Below, in pieces: positions 20,203 through 28,884 of a stretch of DNA of 64,000 nt. This DNA is from an uncultured Acidobacteriaceae bacterium. Lineage in GTDB: Bacteria > Acidobacteriota > Terriglobia > Terriglobales > Acidobacteriaceae. The notes under the pieces are model-generated. The model was not told where the DNA came from, did no database searches, and saw only the letters and a list, made by a program, of their open reading frames with translations. A program made the position numbers and the translations under genes. Position 1 is the stretch's first letter. Every line of letters begins with the position of its first letter. The stretch lies in NCBI GenBank assembly GCA_963799025.1, contig CAWCVQ010000014.1, positions 4,182-68,181 of the forward strand, in the 5' to 3' direction.

Positions 20203-21192
20203 TTACTTCTCTCTCGCCACCACGAACTCCGGCGCCCAAAGCAATGCCCGCTTGATCTCCGAATCTGGAAAAGTACAAATCGACTTTTGCGCCGATTCCG
20301 CATACTGCGCTGCCCCAGCCGTGGCCGCGTCCAGCGATCCGTAACGCTGCAGGATTTCCAGAATTTCACCATGACTCACGCCGTTGAAGGCTCCGTGGCG
20401 CAGCACAGTCTCGATTCTGGATCGTTCTTCGGGTGTGCAGCGTTCGACCGCGTGGATCACCGCCATCGTCGCTTTGCCCTCACGCAGGTCGCTGGCCACG
20501 GGTTTGCCAAGTATGTCTGCCGACGCGGTCAGGTCGAGAACATCGTCCACAATCTGAAATGCCATGCCGAGGTCGTGCCCGTACTGCCCCAAAGCCGCTT
20601 CCTGCTCCGCGGTGGCGCCGCCTAAAATTGCCCCCAGCCGCATGCAAACCGAAAACAGGCAAGCGGTCTTGCGGAAAATGAGGTCGAAGTGCTCGTCCAG
20701 CGTGATCAGCTTGCCGAGCTTTTCCATCTGCAGCAGTTCGCCCTCTACCATCTGCTGCGTCAGTTCAATCAGCGTGTCGAGAATGCGAAAGTTTCGTTCC
20801 TGCACCGCAATCTTGAACGCCTGCATATAAAGCCAGTCGCCGGCCAGGACGCATTTCGAATTTCCCCACTGGGTATTGGCCGCAGGACGCCCGCGCCGCG
20901 TCTTGGCCTCATCGATAATGTCATCATGGACCAGCGTCGCGGTATGAATGATTTCGACCACCGCGCCCAGACGGATCGCGCCTTGCCCACGGTAATGGAG
21001 CAGCTTCGCAGAAAGCAGCAACAACGCGGGACGGATTCTCTTGCCGCCGCCCGCCCGCAGATATTCGCCAATCTCGGTAATAGCCTGAACGCCCGATACC
21101 GTGTCGCGCCCGAACTCCCCCTCCAGCGCAACGAGATCCTCCCGCAGCAGATCGAATACTTCTTTTCCGTTAATGCTTGCGGTCGCACTCAA
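20203..21192 (-). CDS. Polyprenyl diphosphate synthase (IspB-like, long-chain trans-prenyltransferase)
   Basis: 329 aa. Both Asp-rich motifs are present: LVHDDIIDEAKTRRGRP (DDxxD) and FQIVDDVLD. Confidence 0.92.
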   Translation of the reverse strand: MSATASINGKEVFDLLREDLVALEGEFGRDTVSGVQAITEIGEYLRAGGGKRIRPALLLLSAKLLHYRGQGAIRLGAVVEIIHTATLVHDDIIDEAKTRRGRPAANTQWGNSKCVLAGDWLYMQAFKIAVQERNFRILDTLIELTQQMVEGELLQMEKLGKLITLDEHFDLIFRKTACLFSVCMRLGAILGGATAEQEAALGQYGHDLGMAFQIVDDVLDLTASADILGKPVASDLREGKATMAVIHAVERCTPEERSRIETVLRHGAFNGVSHGEILEILQRYGSLDAATAGAAQYAESAQKSICTFPDSEIKRALLWAPEFVVAREK

Positions 21193-21198
21193 GACAAG

Positions 21199-21272
21199 CA
21201 GACCTCGAACCTTGGACTTCAGACTTGAGACCTGAACCTCACCTCAATGCCGATCTGAGGTCCAAGGTCTGC
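21199..21272. repeat. REP-like hairpin element of the 'cagacctcRgaccttggac' family, copy 1
   Basis: cagacctcgaaccttggacttcagacttgagacctgaacctcacctcaatgccgatctgaggtccaaggtctgc. Internal inverted repeats are accttggac/gtccaaggt and cctca/tgagg. It lies between the yajQ stop and the ispB-like start. Confidence 0.65.
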
Positions 21273-21281
21273 CGTCCGCCT

Positions 21282-21776
21282 TTAGTTCGTTCTGTAATTC
21301 GTAAACTGCAAATCAATTCCGAAATCGTGTTGTTTCAGCAGAGCGATGGTTTCCTGCAAGGTGTCGCGGTCCTTGCTGCTGACCCGCACCAGATCGCCCT
21401 GAATCGATGCCTGCGCCTTTTTCTTCGAGTCCTTTACCAGTTTCACGATCTCGCGCGCCTTTTCGATGGCAATGCCTTGCTGCATGGTGACACGGCGCTT
21501 CGCCGTTCCCCCCGCTGCCGCCTCCACCGCCCCGTAGGTTAGACCCTTGAGCGAGACTCCACGCTTCACTAACTTTTGCTGCAGAATATCGTTCACGGCC
21601 TTCAATTTGTAGTCATCGGCCGAGTGCAACACAATCGCATCCTTTTCCAATTCGATATTCGACTTCGAATCCTTCAGATCGAAACGCGTATGTATCTCCT
21701 TGAGCGCCTGCTGGATGGCGTTCGACACCTCGTTCAGATCGATCTTGCTCACGACGTCAAAACTGTTATCGGGCAT
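21282..21776 (-). CDS. yajQ: YajQ-family nucleotide-binding protein (UPF0234)
   Basis: 164 aa. MPDNSFDVVSKIDLNEVSNAIQQALKEIHTRFDLKDS and the C-terminus LQFTNYR are typical of YajQ. Confidence 0.9.
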   Translation of the reverse strand: MPDNSFDVVSKIDLNEVSNAIQQALKEIHTRFDLKDSKSNIELEKDAIVLHSADDYKLKAVNDILQQKLVKRGVSLKGLTYGAVEAAAGGTAKRRVTMQQGIAIEKAREIVKLVKDSKKKAQASIQGDLVRVSSKDRDTLQETIALLKQHDFGIDLQFTNYRTN

Positions 21777-21836
21777 ACATTTCTAATCTTTCTGAAAGAA
21801 AGGAATATAACTCCTGAGGGTACCAGAACCGCAGGC

Positions 21837-22661
21837 TTAGCGGGCCGGAACTTTGCTTTCAATCATTTCAGCCAATTTGAAAAAATTGTAGAAATTGCGG
21901 GACGTTTGTTCGCCCATTTCGTCCGTCGACAGCCCGCGTAATTCCGCAAGTTTGCGTGCAGTCTCCTTGACGAAGGCCGGCTCGTTGCGTTTGCCCCGGT
22001 GTGGGATCGGCGCCAGATAAGGCGAGTCTGTCTCGATCAGCACGCGATCCAGCGGAATCTCAAGAGCGGCGGCGCGAATCTGCTGTGCCTTGGGAAAGGT
22101 CAAGTTGCCGGCGAATGAAATCATGAAGCCCATGTCCAGCGAGCGTTTCGCCTGAGCCAAATTTCCAGTGAAGCAGTGGAGAATTCCGCCATAGCCTTTC
22201 GGCGCCCATTCATCTTTGATCAAGCCCAGGCAATCCTCCCATGCATCGTCGCTGCCGTCCGATGGCCGGCAGTGAATCACAATGGGTAGTTTCGCCGCAG
22301 CCGCCAGCTCCATCTGTCGATTGAAAACCTGCTTCTGCGTTTCGCGCGGCGAATGATCGTAGTAATAATCCAAACCGATCTCGCCCCACGCGATGACCTT
22401 GGGATGCCGCGCCAGTCGCTCCATCTCAGAGTACGCCTGGTCGGAAGCCAATCTCGCTTCGTGCGGATGTATCCCGATGGTCGCGTATATAAAAGGATGC
22501 TTGTCTGCAAGCTGAATCCCAGCATCCAGCGCCGGAGGGCCGTCCCCATTGCCAATTGCAACGATAGTTTGTACGCCGGCCTCGCGAGCGCGGGCGATCA
22601 CATCCTCGCGATCCGAGTCGAACTGCTTCCCGTCGAGATGCGCATGAGAATCTACGAACAT
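21837..22661 (-). CDS. tatD: TatD-family metal-dependent hydrolase/DNase
   Basis: 274 aa. It starts MFVDSHAHLD. EIGLDYYY, IHCR, GILHCFTG and ETDSPYLAP are all present. Confidence 0.93.
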   Translation of the reverse strand: MFVDSHAHLDGKQFDSDREDVIARAREAGVQTIVAIGNGDGPPALDAGIQLADKHPFIYATIGIHPHEARLASDQAYSEMERLARHPKVIAWGEIGLDYYYDHSPRETQKQVFNRQMELAAAAKLPIVIHCRPSDGSDDAWEDCLGLIKDEWAPKGYGGILHCFTGNLAQAKRSLDMGFMISFAGNLTFPKAQQIRAAALEIPLDRVLIETDSPYLAPIPHRGKRNEPAFVKETARKLAELRGLSTDEMGEQTSRNFYNFFKLAEMIESKVPAR

Positions 22662-22686
22662 CAGACCTCAGACCTTGGACCTCAGG
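22661..22686. repeat. 'cagacctcagaccttggacctcag' repeat, copy 2
   Basis: tcagacctcagaccttggacctcagg spans the tatD start and the 3' end of the small ORF 22668..22892. Confidence 0.55.
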
Positions 22687-22892
22687 AACCGCGGGAGGAG
22701 CTTGGCATCTTTGAGGTGGTAATCGATTTGCCTGCACGCCTCGCGAATGCCCCAAATCGTATCGTGCGCATCTCCAGTGTTTGTTTCGAGTTGATGCTGC
22801 AACTGAAGAAGATAGTTATCGTAAATCTCCACCGCAGATTCACGAATGTCGAGCAGCGCAAGAGTGAAAACATCTGCCTGGTCTTCGCTCAT
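22668..22892 (-). CDS. Small hypothetical protein (74 aa)
   Basis: The ORF sits between metG and tatD on the same strand. Its composition looks coding-like (MSEDQADVFTLALLDIRESAVEIYDNYLLQLQHQLE...). I recognise no domain. Its last codons run into a repeat element. Confidence 0.4.
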   Translation of the reverse strand: MSEDQADVFTLALLDIRESAVEIYDNYLLQLQHQLETNTGDAHDTIWGIREACRQIDYHLKDAKLLPRFLRSKV

Positions 22893-22998
22893 GATCCCAA
22901 TGTGCTTTCAGAAGGTCAATCAGCGCTTCGCGATCTTTGAGCGTAGAAGTTCGCACGCTCGATCCGTCGTCCGATGTCTGAGTCCGAGAACAGCTTTG

Positions 22999-25026
22999 TT
23001 ATTTCAGCCGCGCTCCCACCGGCACATCCTCCAGAAAGCTCGCCAGCACCGGCTTTCCGCCCTCCAGCGACGCCGCAACAATCATCCCATTGGATTCCAT
23101 CCCCCGCAATTTTCGCGGAGCTAGATTGGCCACGATCACGACCTTCCGGCCCACCAACGTCTCGGGCGCGTAGGCTTCGGCGATTCCAGCCAGAACCTGC
23201 CGCACCTCCGTACCAATATCGATTTCCAGCCGCAACAGTTTGTCCGCCTTAGGTACCCGCTCGGCTACCTTCACCACACCGACTCGCAATTCGATCTTGG
23301 CGAAGTCATCGATGGTAATCTTGCCGCCGTTGACTGTCGTAGGGAGCGCAGACGCCGTGGTAGCCGGCGAAGGTTTCGGCGGTTCCGGTGTGGCAGGAAA
23401 TTGTGATGCCGAGTCCTTCGATTCTTCGACCGCCGAGGCTCGATTCTGATCTTCCATCTGCTGCATCCTTTCGATAGCGCTCTTGTCCGCGCGGGGGAAG
23501 ACCGGTCGTACCTCGCCAAGTTTCGTTCCCAGCCGCAGCTGTCCCCAAGCCAGATCGGCAAGCGCAAGTTTCTTGATATCCCCAAGGCCCATTTGCTCCC
23601 AGATTTTGGCCGTTGCCTCGGGCATCGCCGGATGCGCCAGCGCCGTAGCGATCCGCAGTGCCTCAGCCGAGGTGTAAAGCACCGTGGCCAGCCGCGCCCG
23701 GCTCACATCATCCTGCCTCTCGCCCAGCGACCACGGCTCATTCTCGACGATGTACTTGTCGACCGCCGCCACTAGTCCCCACGCGGCTTCCAGCGCGCGC
23801 GAAAATTGGAACTGATCGAACAGCGTGCCGAATTCGCGAATCGTTTTTCGCGCCGTCTCGGCAATCGCGTCATCGGCAGGCGTTTTCGCCGCCGCGTGCG
23901 ACGGATAGGGCACCTCACCCTTGAAGTACCGGTTAATCATCGTTAGCGTGCGGCTGGCCAGGTTTCCCAGCCCGTTCGCGAGGTCCGAGTTGTAGCGCTG
24001 CACCAGCGCGTCGAAAGAGAACGAACCATCCTGCCCGAATACGACCTCGCGAAGCAGGAAGTAACGCAGAGCATCCGCGCCCAGCACGTCGAGAATGGTC
24101 TCCGTGCGCACAATATTGCCCCGCGACTTTGACATCTTGCTTTCTTCGAACAGCAGCCATCCATGCGCCACAATCGCTTTGGGCAGAGCTAATCCCGCAG
24201 CCAGTAGGAATGCCGGCCAGTACACGCAATGGAAGCGAACGATTTCCTTACCGATCATGTGCACGTCGGCCGGCCAGTACCTCTTGAATGCTTCCTGCGC
24301 ACCGGCGTGCGTCGAGCCGTACCCGATGGCAGTGATGTAGTTGGCCAGCGCGTCGAGCCACACATAGATCACGTGATTGGGATCGTCCGGCACGGGAATG
24401 CCCCACGAAAATGTCGACCGGCTAATCGACAGATCGCGCAGCCCCGAACGTACAAAGGAAATCACCTCATTGCGTCGCGTTTCGGGACGAACGAATTCCG
24501 GATTCGCATAAAGCTCCAGCAGCTTGTCCCGAAAAGCCGAGAGCTTGAAAAAATAATTCTCTTCGTGCACAGTCTCGGTGATGCGACCACAGGTCGGACA
24601 GGGATCGCCGGGCTGCGCGCCATCCACGTAGAGTTCATCGGAAACGCAGTACTGCCCAGTGTATGTGCCTTTGTAGATGTAGCCGTTGTCCCGAATTTGT
24701 CGGAACAGTACCTGCACTCGCTTCTTGTGACGCTCTTCCGTAGTGCGGATAAAGTCGTCATTCGAAATCCCCATCCGTTGCCAGAGCTTGCGAAACTCCG
24801 AAGAGATCTCATCCGCATATTGCTGCGGAGTTTTGCCGGCAGCCTGTGCCGCTCGCTCAATCTTCTGACCGTGCTCGTCAGTCCCAGTGAGAAAGAAAGT
24901 GTCGGCGCCCAGCAGGCGTTGCCGCCGCGCAATCGTATCGCAGGCGATCGTCGTGTAGGCATGGCCAATGTGCGGCCGCGCGTTCACGTAGTAAATCGGG
25001 GTCGTAATGTAGAACTTTCGGCTCAT
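22999..25026 (-). CDS. metG: Methionyl-tRNA synthetase with a C-terminal tRNA-binding (Trbp111-like) domain
   Basis: 675 aa. The HIGH-type motif is PHIGHAYT and the KMSKS motif is KMSKSRGN. The zinc knuckle reads CPTCGR. The C-terminus LRVGVVKVAERVPKADKLLRLEIDIG is typical of the OB-fold tRNA-binding domain. Confidence 0.97.
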   Translation of the reverse strand: MSRKFYITTPIYYVNARPHIGHAYTTIACDTIARRQRLLGADTFFLTGTDEHGQKIERAAQAAGKTPQQYADEISSEFRKLWQRMGISNDDFIRTTEERHKKRVQVLFRQIRDNGYIYKGTYTGQYCVSDELYVDGAQPGDPCPTCGRITETVHEENYFFKLSAFRDKLLELYANPEFVRPETRRNEVISFVRSGLRDLSISRSTFSWGIPVPDDPNHVIYVWLDALANYITAIGYGSTHAGAQEAFKRYWPADVHMIGKEIVRFHCVYWPAFLLAAGLALPKAIVAHGWLLFEESKMSKSRGNIVRTETILDVLGADALRYFLLREVVFGQDGSFSFDALVQRYNSDLANGLGNLASRTLTMINRYFKGEVPYPSHAAAKTPADDAIAETARKTIREFGTLFDQFQFSRALEAAWGLVAAVDKYIVENEPWSLGERQDDVSRARLATVLYTSAEALRIATALAHPAMPEATAKIWEQMGLGDIKKLALADLAWGQLRLGTKLGEVRPVFPRADKSAIERMQQMEDQNRASAVEESKDSASQFPATPEPPKPSPATTASALPTTVNGGKITIDDFAKIELRVGVVKVAERVPKADKLLRLEIDIGTEVRQVLAGIAEAYAPETLVGRKVVIVANLAPRKLRGMESNGMIVAASLEGGKPVLASFLEDVPVGARLK

Positions 25027-25041
25027 GTAATTTCTTAATCA

Positions 25042-25092
25042 CGGGAGGCTGCAGAGAAGATCACTACTCTGTGCTCTCAGTTTCCTCCGCGG
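25042..25092. repeat. Imperfect hairpin/REP-like element of the 'cacagag' family between larC and metG
   Basis: acgggaggctgcagagaagatcactactctgtgctctcagtttcctccgcgg. The gggagg/cctcc and cagag/ctctg arms can pair. Confidence 0.45.
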
Positions 25093-26469
25093 TCAATGCT
25101 TGTCGACCTTTCCCTGATACAGCCGCGAAGCCTCCTGCATCACCGTCTTCAACGGTACGTGATGCTGCGCCGCGATGCGCCGGCAATCTTCATACTCCGG
25201 CGCATAATTCGTGACGCTTCCGTTCATGCTGGCAATTTTGATTCGCACCTCGCCCCATTCCGTGGTCACGTTTTCCCATCGCCGTGGCAGAGTCTGCCGA
25301 ACTTCCTCGCGGCGTCGTACTCCGAGAGTTGTGGTCTCGGTAAAAATTAACTGCGTCAGCTCGCTGGCATCACGGGGTTTGCATAGCACCGTAAGGAGCG
25401 CGCCGGGTCGATTCTTCTTCATCTGCACCGGCATCACGAATGCGTCCAATGCGCCTTCCTCGAGCAAACGGTCCATCACGTATCCAAATACCTGCGGATT
25501 CAAGTCATCGAGATTCGCTTCCAGTACAGTCAGAGACTCGCTCGCCGTTTTCGCAGCCAGCGTGCTCGCGGCTTCACCTACAGTCAATCGCACGACGTTG
25601 GGATGTCCGGCGAACTCTCGCGTTCCAGCTCCGTAACCCGACTTGTCAATCTTCATCTCCGGAAACGCAGCAAAGCGCTTGGCCAGAATCTTTACGATTG
25701 CCGCTCCCGTGGGTGTGACTAATTCCGCCTGCAGGCCTGTCGAATACACCGGAGCATCTTTCAGCAGCTCCACCGTTGCTGGAGCCGGCACCGGGAACGT
25801 CCCGTGGGCGCACTGCACGGTTCCGCCGCCCACGTTCAGCGGAGAGCACACAATCTCATCGACTCCCAGAGACTCTGCTCCCACCGCCGCACATACAATA
25901 TCGACCATCGCATCGACCGCCCCGACTTCATGGAAGTGCACCTTCTCGATGGACGTATCATGAACCTTCGCCTCGGCCGCGCCGAGCGTTTCAAAAATGG
26001 CGATGGCGGTATTCTTCGACGTGTCACTGATCGCAGCTTTCCCGATAATCCCACGAATCTCGGTCAGACAGCGTCCATGCTCATGTGGCGTGGGCGAGCC
26101 CGCCCGCGAACTGCTGACCTTGGAGGAATGCTCGTGGTCGTGATGATGCTGGTGTTCATGAGCATGTCGTTCCGATCCCTCTTCCGTTTGCGGATTCCCA
26201 GCCTTGCGCAGCGCCCTTTCCTCGGTATGGCAGATGCGTTCGCGCACTACGGTGTCCCGCGGCGAGTCTTTCTCCCCGCCCACCCAAACGTCCACCTTGG
26301 TCGCCGAAATTCCGCCACGCACAACGCGCGAAACCTCCAGGTGCGCGCCCAGTCCGAGCGCTGCTGCGGTCTCTTCCAGCAGTAGCGGCGAAATTCCGGC
26401 ATCGATCAAAGCGCCCATGAACATGTCGCCACTCATGCCGGAGAAACACTCAAGATAAGCAATGCGCAT
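25093..26469 (-). CDS. larC: Nickel-pincer cofactor biosynthesis protein LarC (nickel insertion)
   Basis: The ORF is 25093..26646. The conserved N-terminus MRIAYLECFSGMSGDMFMGALIDAG begins at 26469. The upstream in-frame extension runs through a REP element and is unlikely to be translated. A His-rich stretch (HAHEHQHHHDHEH) is present. Confidence 0.88.
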   Translation of the reverse strand: MRIAYLECFSGMSGDMFMGALIDAGISPLLLEETAAALGLGAHLEVSRVVRGGISATKVDVWVGGEKDSPRDTVVRERICHTEERALRKAGNPQTEEGSERHAHEHQHHHDHEHSSKVSSSRAGSPTPHEHGRCLTEIRGIIGKAAISDTSKNTAIAIFETLGAAEAKVHDTSIEKVHFHEVGAVDAMVDIVCAAVGAESLGVDEIVCSPLNVGGGTVQCAHGTFPVPAPATVELLKDAPVYSTGLQAELVTPTGAAIVKILAKRFAAFPEMKIDKSGYGAGTREFAGHPNVVRLTVGEAASTLAAKTASESLTVLEANLDDLNPQVFGYVMDRLLEEGALDAFVMPVQMKKNRPGALLTVLCKPRDASELTQLIFTETTTLGVRRREEVRQTLPRRWENVTTEWGEVRIKIASMNGSVTNYAPEYEDCRRIAAQHHVPLKTVMQEASRLYQGKVDKH

Positions 26470-26498
26470 AAAAATCGAAGTCTTTAAATACAGAAAAA

Positions 26499-26560
26499 GA
26501 TCACAGAGGGAATTTCGCGGCGGCCTCTGTGTACCCCTGTGACCTCCGTGGGTAAAGGAT
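26499..26560. repeat. REP-like element ('cacagagg/cctctgtg' family)
   Basis: gatcacagagggaatttcgcggcggcctctgtgtacccctgtgacctccgtgggtaaaggatttcg. The 8-bp stem is CACAGAGG/CCTCTGTG. It lies in the larC-argS divergent intergenic region. Confidence 0.6.
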
Positions 26561-26672
26561 TTCGTCGCCACGACAGAACTTTCATCATAGGGAACAGCTT
26601 CCATCTCCGTCAAACGCGCGCCTGTCGCTCGCTCTGATAAAATCACTCTTCTTCAACAGCTTAGAGGGACTC

Positions 26673-28847
26673 TTGTTTCGATATCTGGAACATCGCCTTG
26701 CCCAGCGCGTGCTGGAGTGTCTGCAGCGCCGCTATCCCAACACAACTCTGCCTGGGGTGGTCATCGAACAGCCTCCAAAGGTCGAACTCGGAGACTTCGC
26801 GATTCCGATTTTTCCCTTCGCCAAGCCACTGCGCTCGGCCCCATTGAAGATCGCAGAGGCGATGCGTGCGGAGATTGGGAAGATCGAAGGAATCGCCCAG
26901 ATGCAAGTAGCTCCCCCTGGGTATCTGAATGTGAGCATCGACCGGACATGGATGGCCTCGACCCTCGCGGCCGACGCGAAGCCGCCGGTAGAAATTCCTC
27001 ACGGCAAAATTCTGGTCGAACATTCGAGCATCAATCCCAACAAGGCCGCGCACATCGGCCACCTGCGCAACGCCATTCTTGGCGACACATTCGTCCGTCT
27101 TCTGCGCAGCGCGGGCAGGGAAGTCGACGTCCAGAACTACATCGACAATACCGGAGTGCAGGTCGCAGACGTGGTAGTGGGCTTCACTCACATCGAGAAG
27201 AAATCTCGCGCGGAGATCCTTGCTCTCACGAAACAGCCGCGCTTCGACTACTACTGTTGGGATCTCTACGCCCAAGTCTCGAAGTGGTATGAAGCGGACA
27301 AGCAGAACCTGCAAGTACGGCAACAGATATTGCATGCGATAGAAGATGCGACAACCGAAATTGCTGCAATCGCCGACCTGATCTCGGTTGCTGTGTTGAG
27401 CCGCCACCTTGAAACCATGGACCGGCTCGACATCGAATACGATTTCCTTCCGCGCGAAAGTGAAATCTTGCACCTGCACTTTTGGGACGCGGCCTTCATC
27501 AAGCTCAAAGAAAGTGGCGTGCTCACCTTCGAGAGCGAGGGCAAGAATAAAGGTTGCTGGGTAATGCGGCGGGCTGGCACCGCAAGGTCTCTAACCATAG
27601 AAGAAACGGCCGAAGTCGAAATCGAAGCGCAAGATCTCCGGGTGGACATTTTCGCTTCGCCAAAAGCTCAAGATGCGTCAGTGCGCATCACACATATTCC
27701 TACGGGAATTGTAATGACGTCCGACAGCGAGAGTACGCAGCATAAAAATCGTGAGCGCGCGATGTTCCTTCTCCGTTCCAAGCTCCTGGAACTCGAAGCT
27801 GAAAAGATTTCCGAGGAAGACCAGAAAGTCATCGTCCGCTCCAACGGAACCGTGGGCTACGTCGGCAAAGACATCGCCTATCACATGTGGAAGTTCGGAT
27901 TGCTTGGCCGCGACTTCGGCTACCGGAAGTTCTATCGCTATCCCAACGCTCACGACTGCTGGATATCCACGACGAATGGCGAAAAGAACCATCCCCACTT
28001 CGGCGACGTCGCCGAAATCTATAATGTCATCGATGCCCGGCAATCCGAGGCTCAGAACACAGTCATTGAAGCGCTGCGTGGACTCGGCCACGACGCGGCC
28101 GCGGACCACTATACGCATTTCTCCTACGAGATGGTCGCGCTGACCCCGCGCTGCGCTGCCGAACTCGGTTACACCCTGAGCCATGAAGACAAGACACGTT
28201 CCTACATTGAGGTCAGCGGACGTAAAGGTTTTGGAGTGAAGGCCGATGACCTGCTCGACACGCTTATCGCCTCGGCCAAAAATGAAGTCGACTCGCGCCA
28301 TCCGCAGCTCAGCGACCCCGAACGCCGAGAAATTGCCACGCAGATTGCCACCGGCGCTCTGCGTTATTTCATGCTGAAGTTCACCAAGCAGTCGGTAATC
28401 GCGTTTGATTTCAAAGAAGCGCTCAGCTTCGAAGGCGAGACTGGACCCTACGCTCAGTATGCGGTGGTGCGTGCCACCAGCATCTTCCGCAAAGCGGAAG
28501 TCGATCCTGAAACTTTCGGTGCATCCCCGGCCAGCATCATCTCGCCAGCGGATTTAGTGAACTATCTGACCGGCGATACCGGCAACGAATTCTGGGAGCT
28601 GTGGCTCGCGTCTTCGAAAACTTCCTATGTGATCGACAAATGCATTGCCACCACGGAGCCCGCATACCTGGCGAAACATGTTTTCCAACTCGCGCAGCTG
28701 TTCAACACTTTCTATCACCGTCATCCCATCCTCAGTGAACCGGAGGAGGGGCGGAAACGTTTCCTGCTGGCCACCGTCGCCGTGGTGCGCCGCGAAATGA
28801 TTCGCTGCCTCGCGGTGATGGGAATCACGGTGCCGCCAGTCATGTAA
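26673..28847 (+). CDS. argS: Arginyl-tRNA synthetase carrying an inserted release-factor-like domain
   Basis: 724 aa. The HIGH region is [38 protein letters not shown] is present. The DALR anticodon-binding C-terminus reads [10 protein letters not shown]..., [20 protein letters not shown], and the protein ends ...GITVPPVM. Confidence 0.95.
   Translation: [724 protein letters not shown]
27567..27818 (+). other. In-frame RF1/RF2-type peptidyl-tRNA hydrolase domain fragment (GGQ loop missing) inside argS
   Basis: Residues ~299-382 read [83 protein letters not shown]. E. coli RF2 (from memory) reads [64 protein letters not shown]. Confidence 0.8.
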
Positions 28848-28884
28848 AATCCGCAGCTGTGACGCGGCAGCTGTGCCGCGGAAA

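Noticed and set aside
26470-26646. 59-codon N-terminal extension of larC in the track ORF.
   Set aside because: The extension translates a REP-like element (FTHGGHRGTQRPPRNSLCDLFLYL). The conserved LarC N-terminus MRIAYLECFSG starts at 26469.
26661-27479. 272-aa ORF antisense to the 5' part of argS.
   Set aside because: This is a shadow ORF. argS has its HIGH and other class-I motifs on the plus strand.
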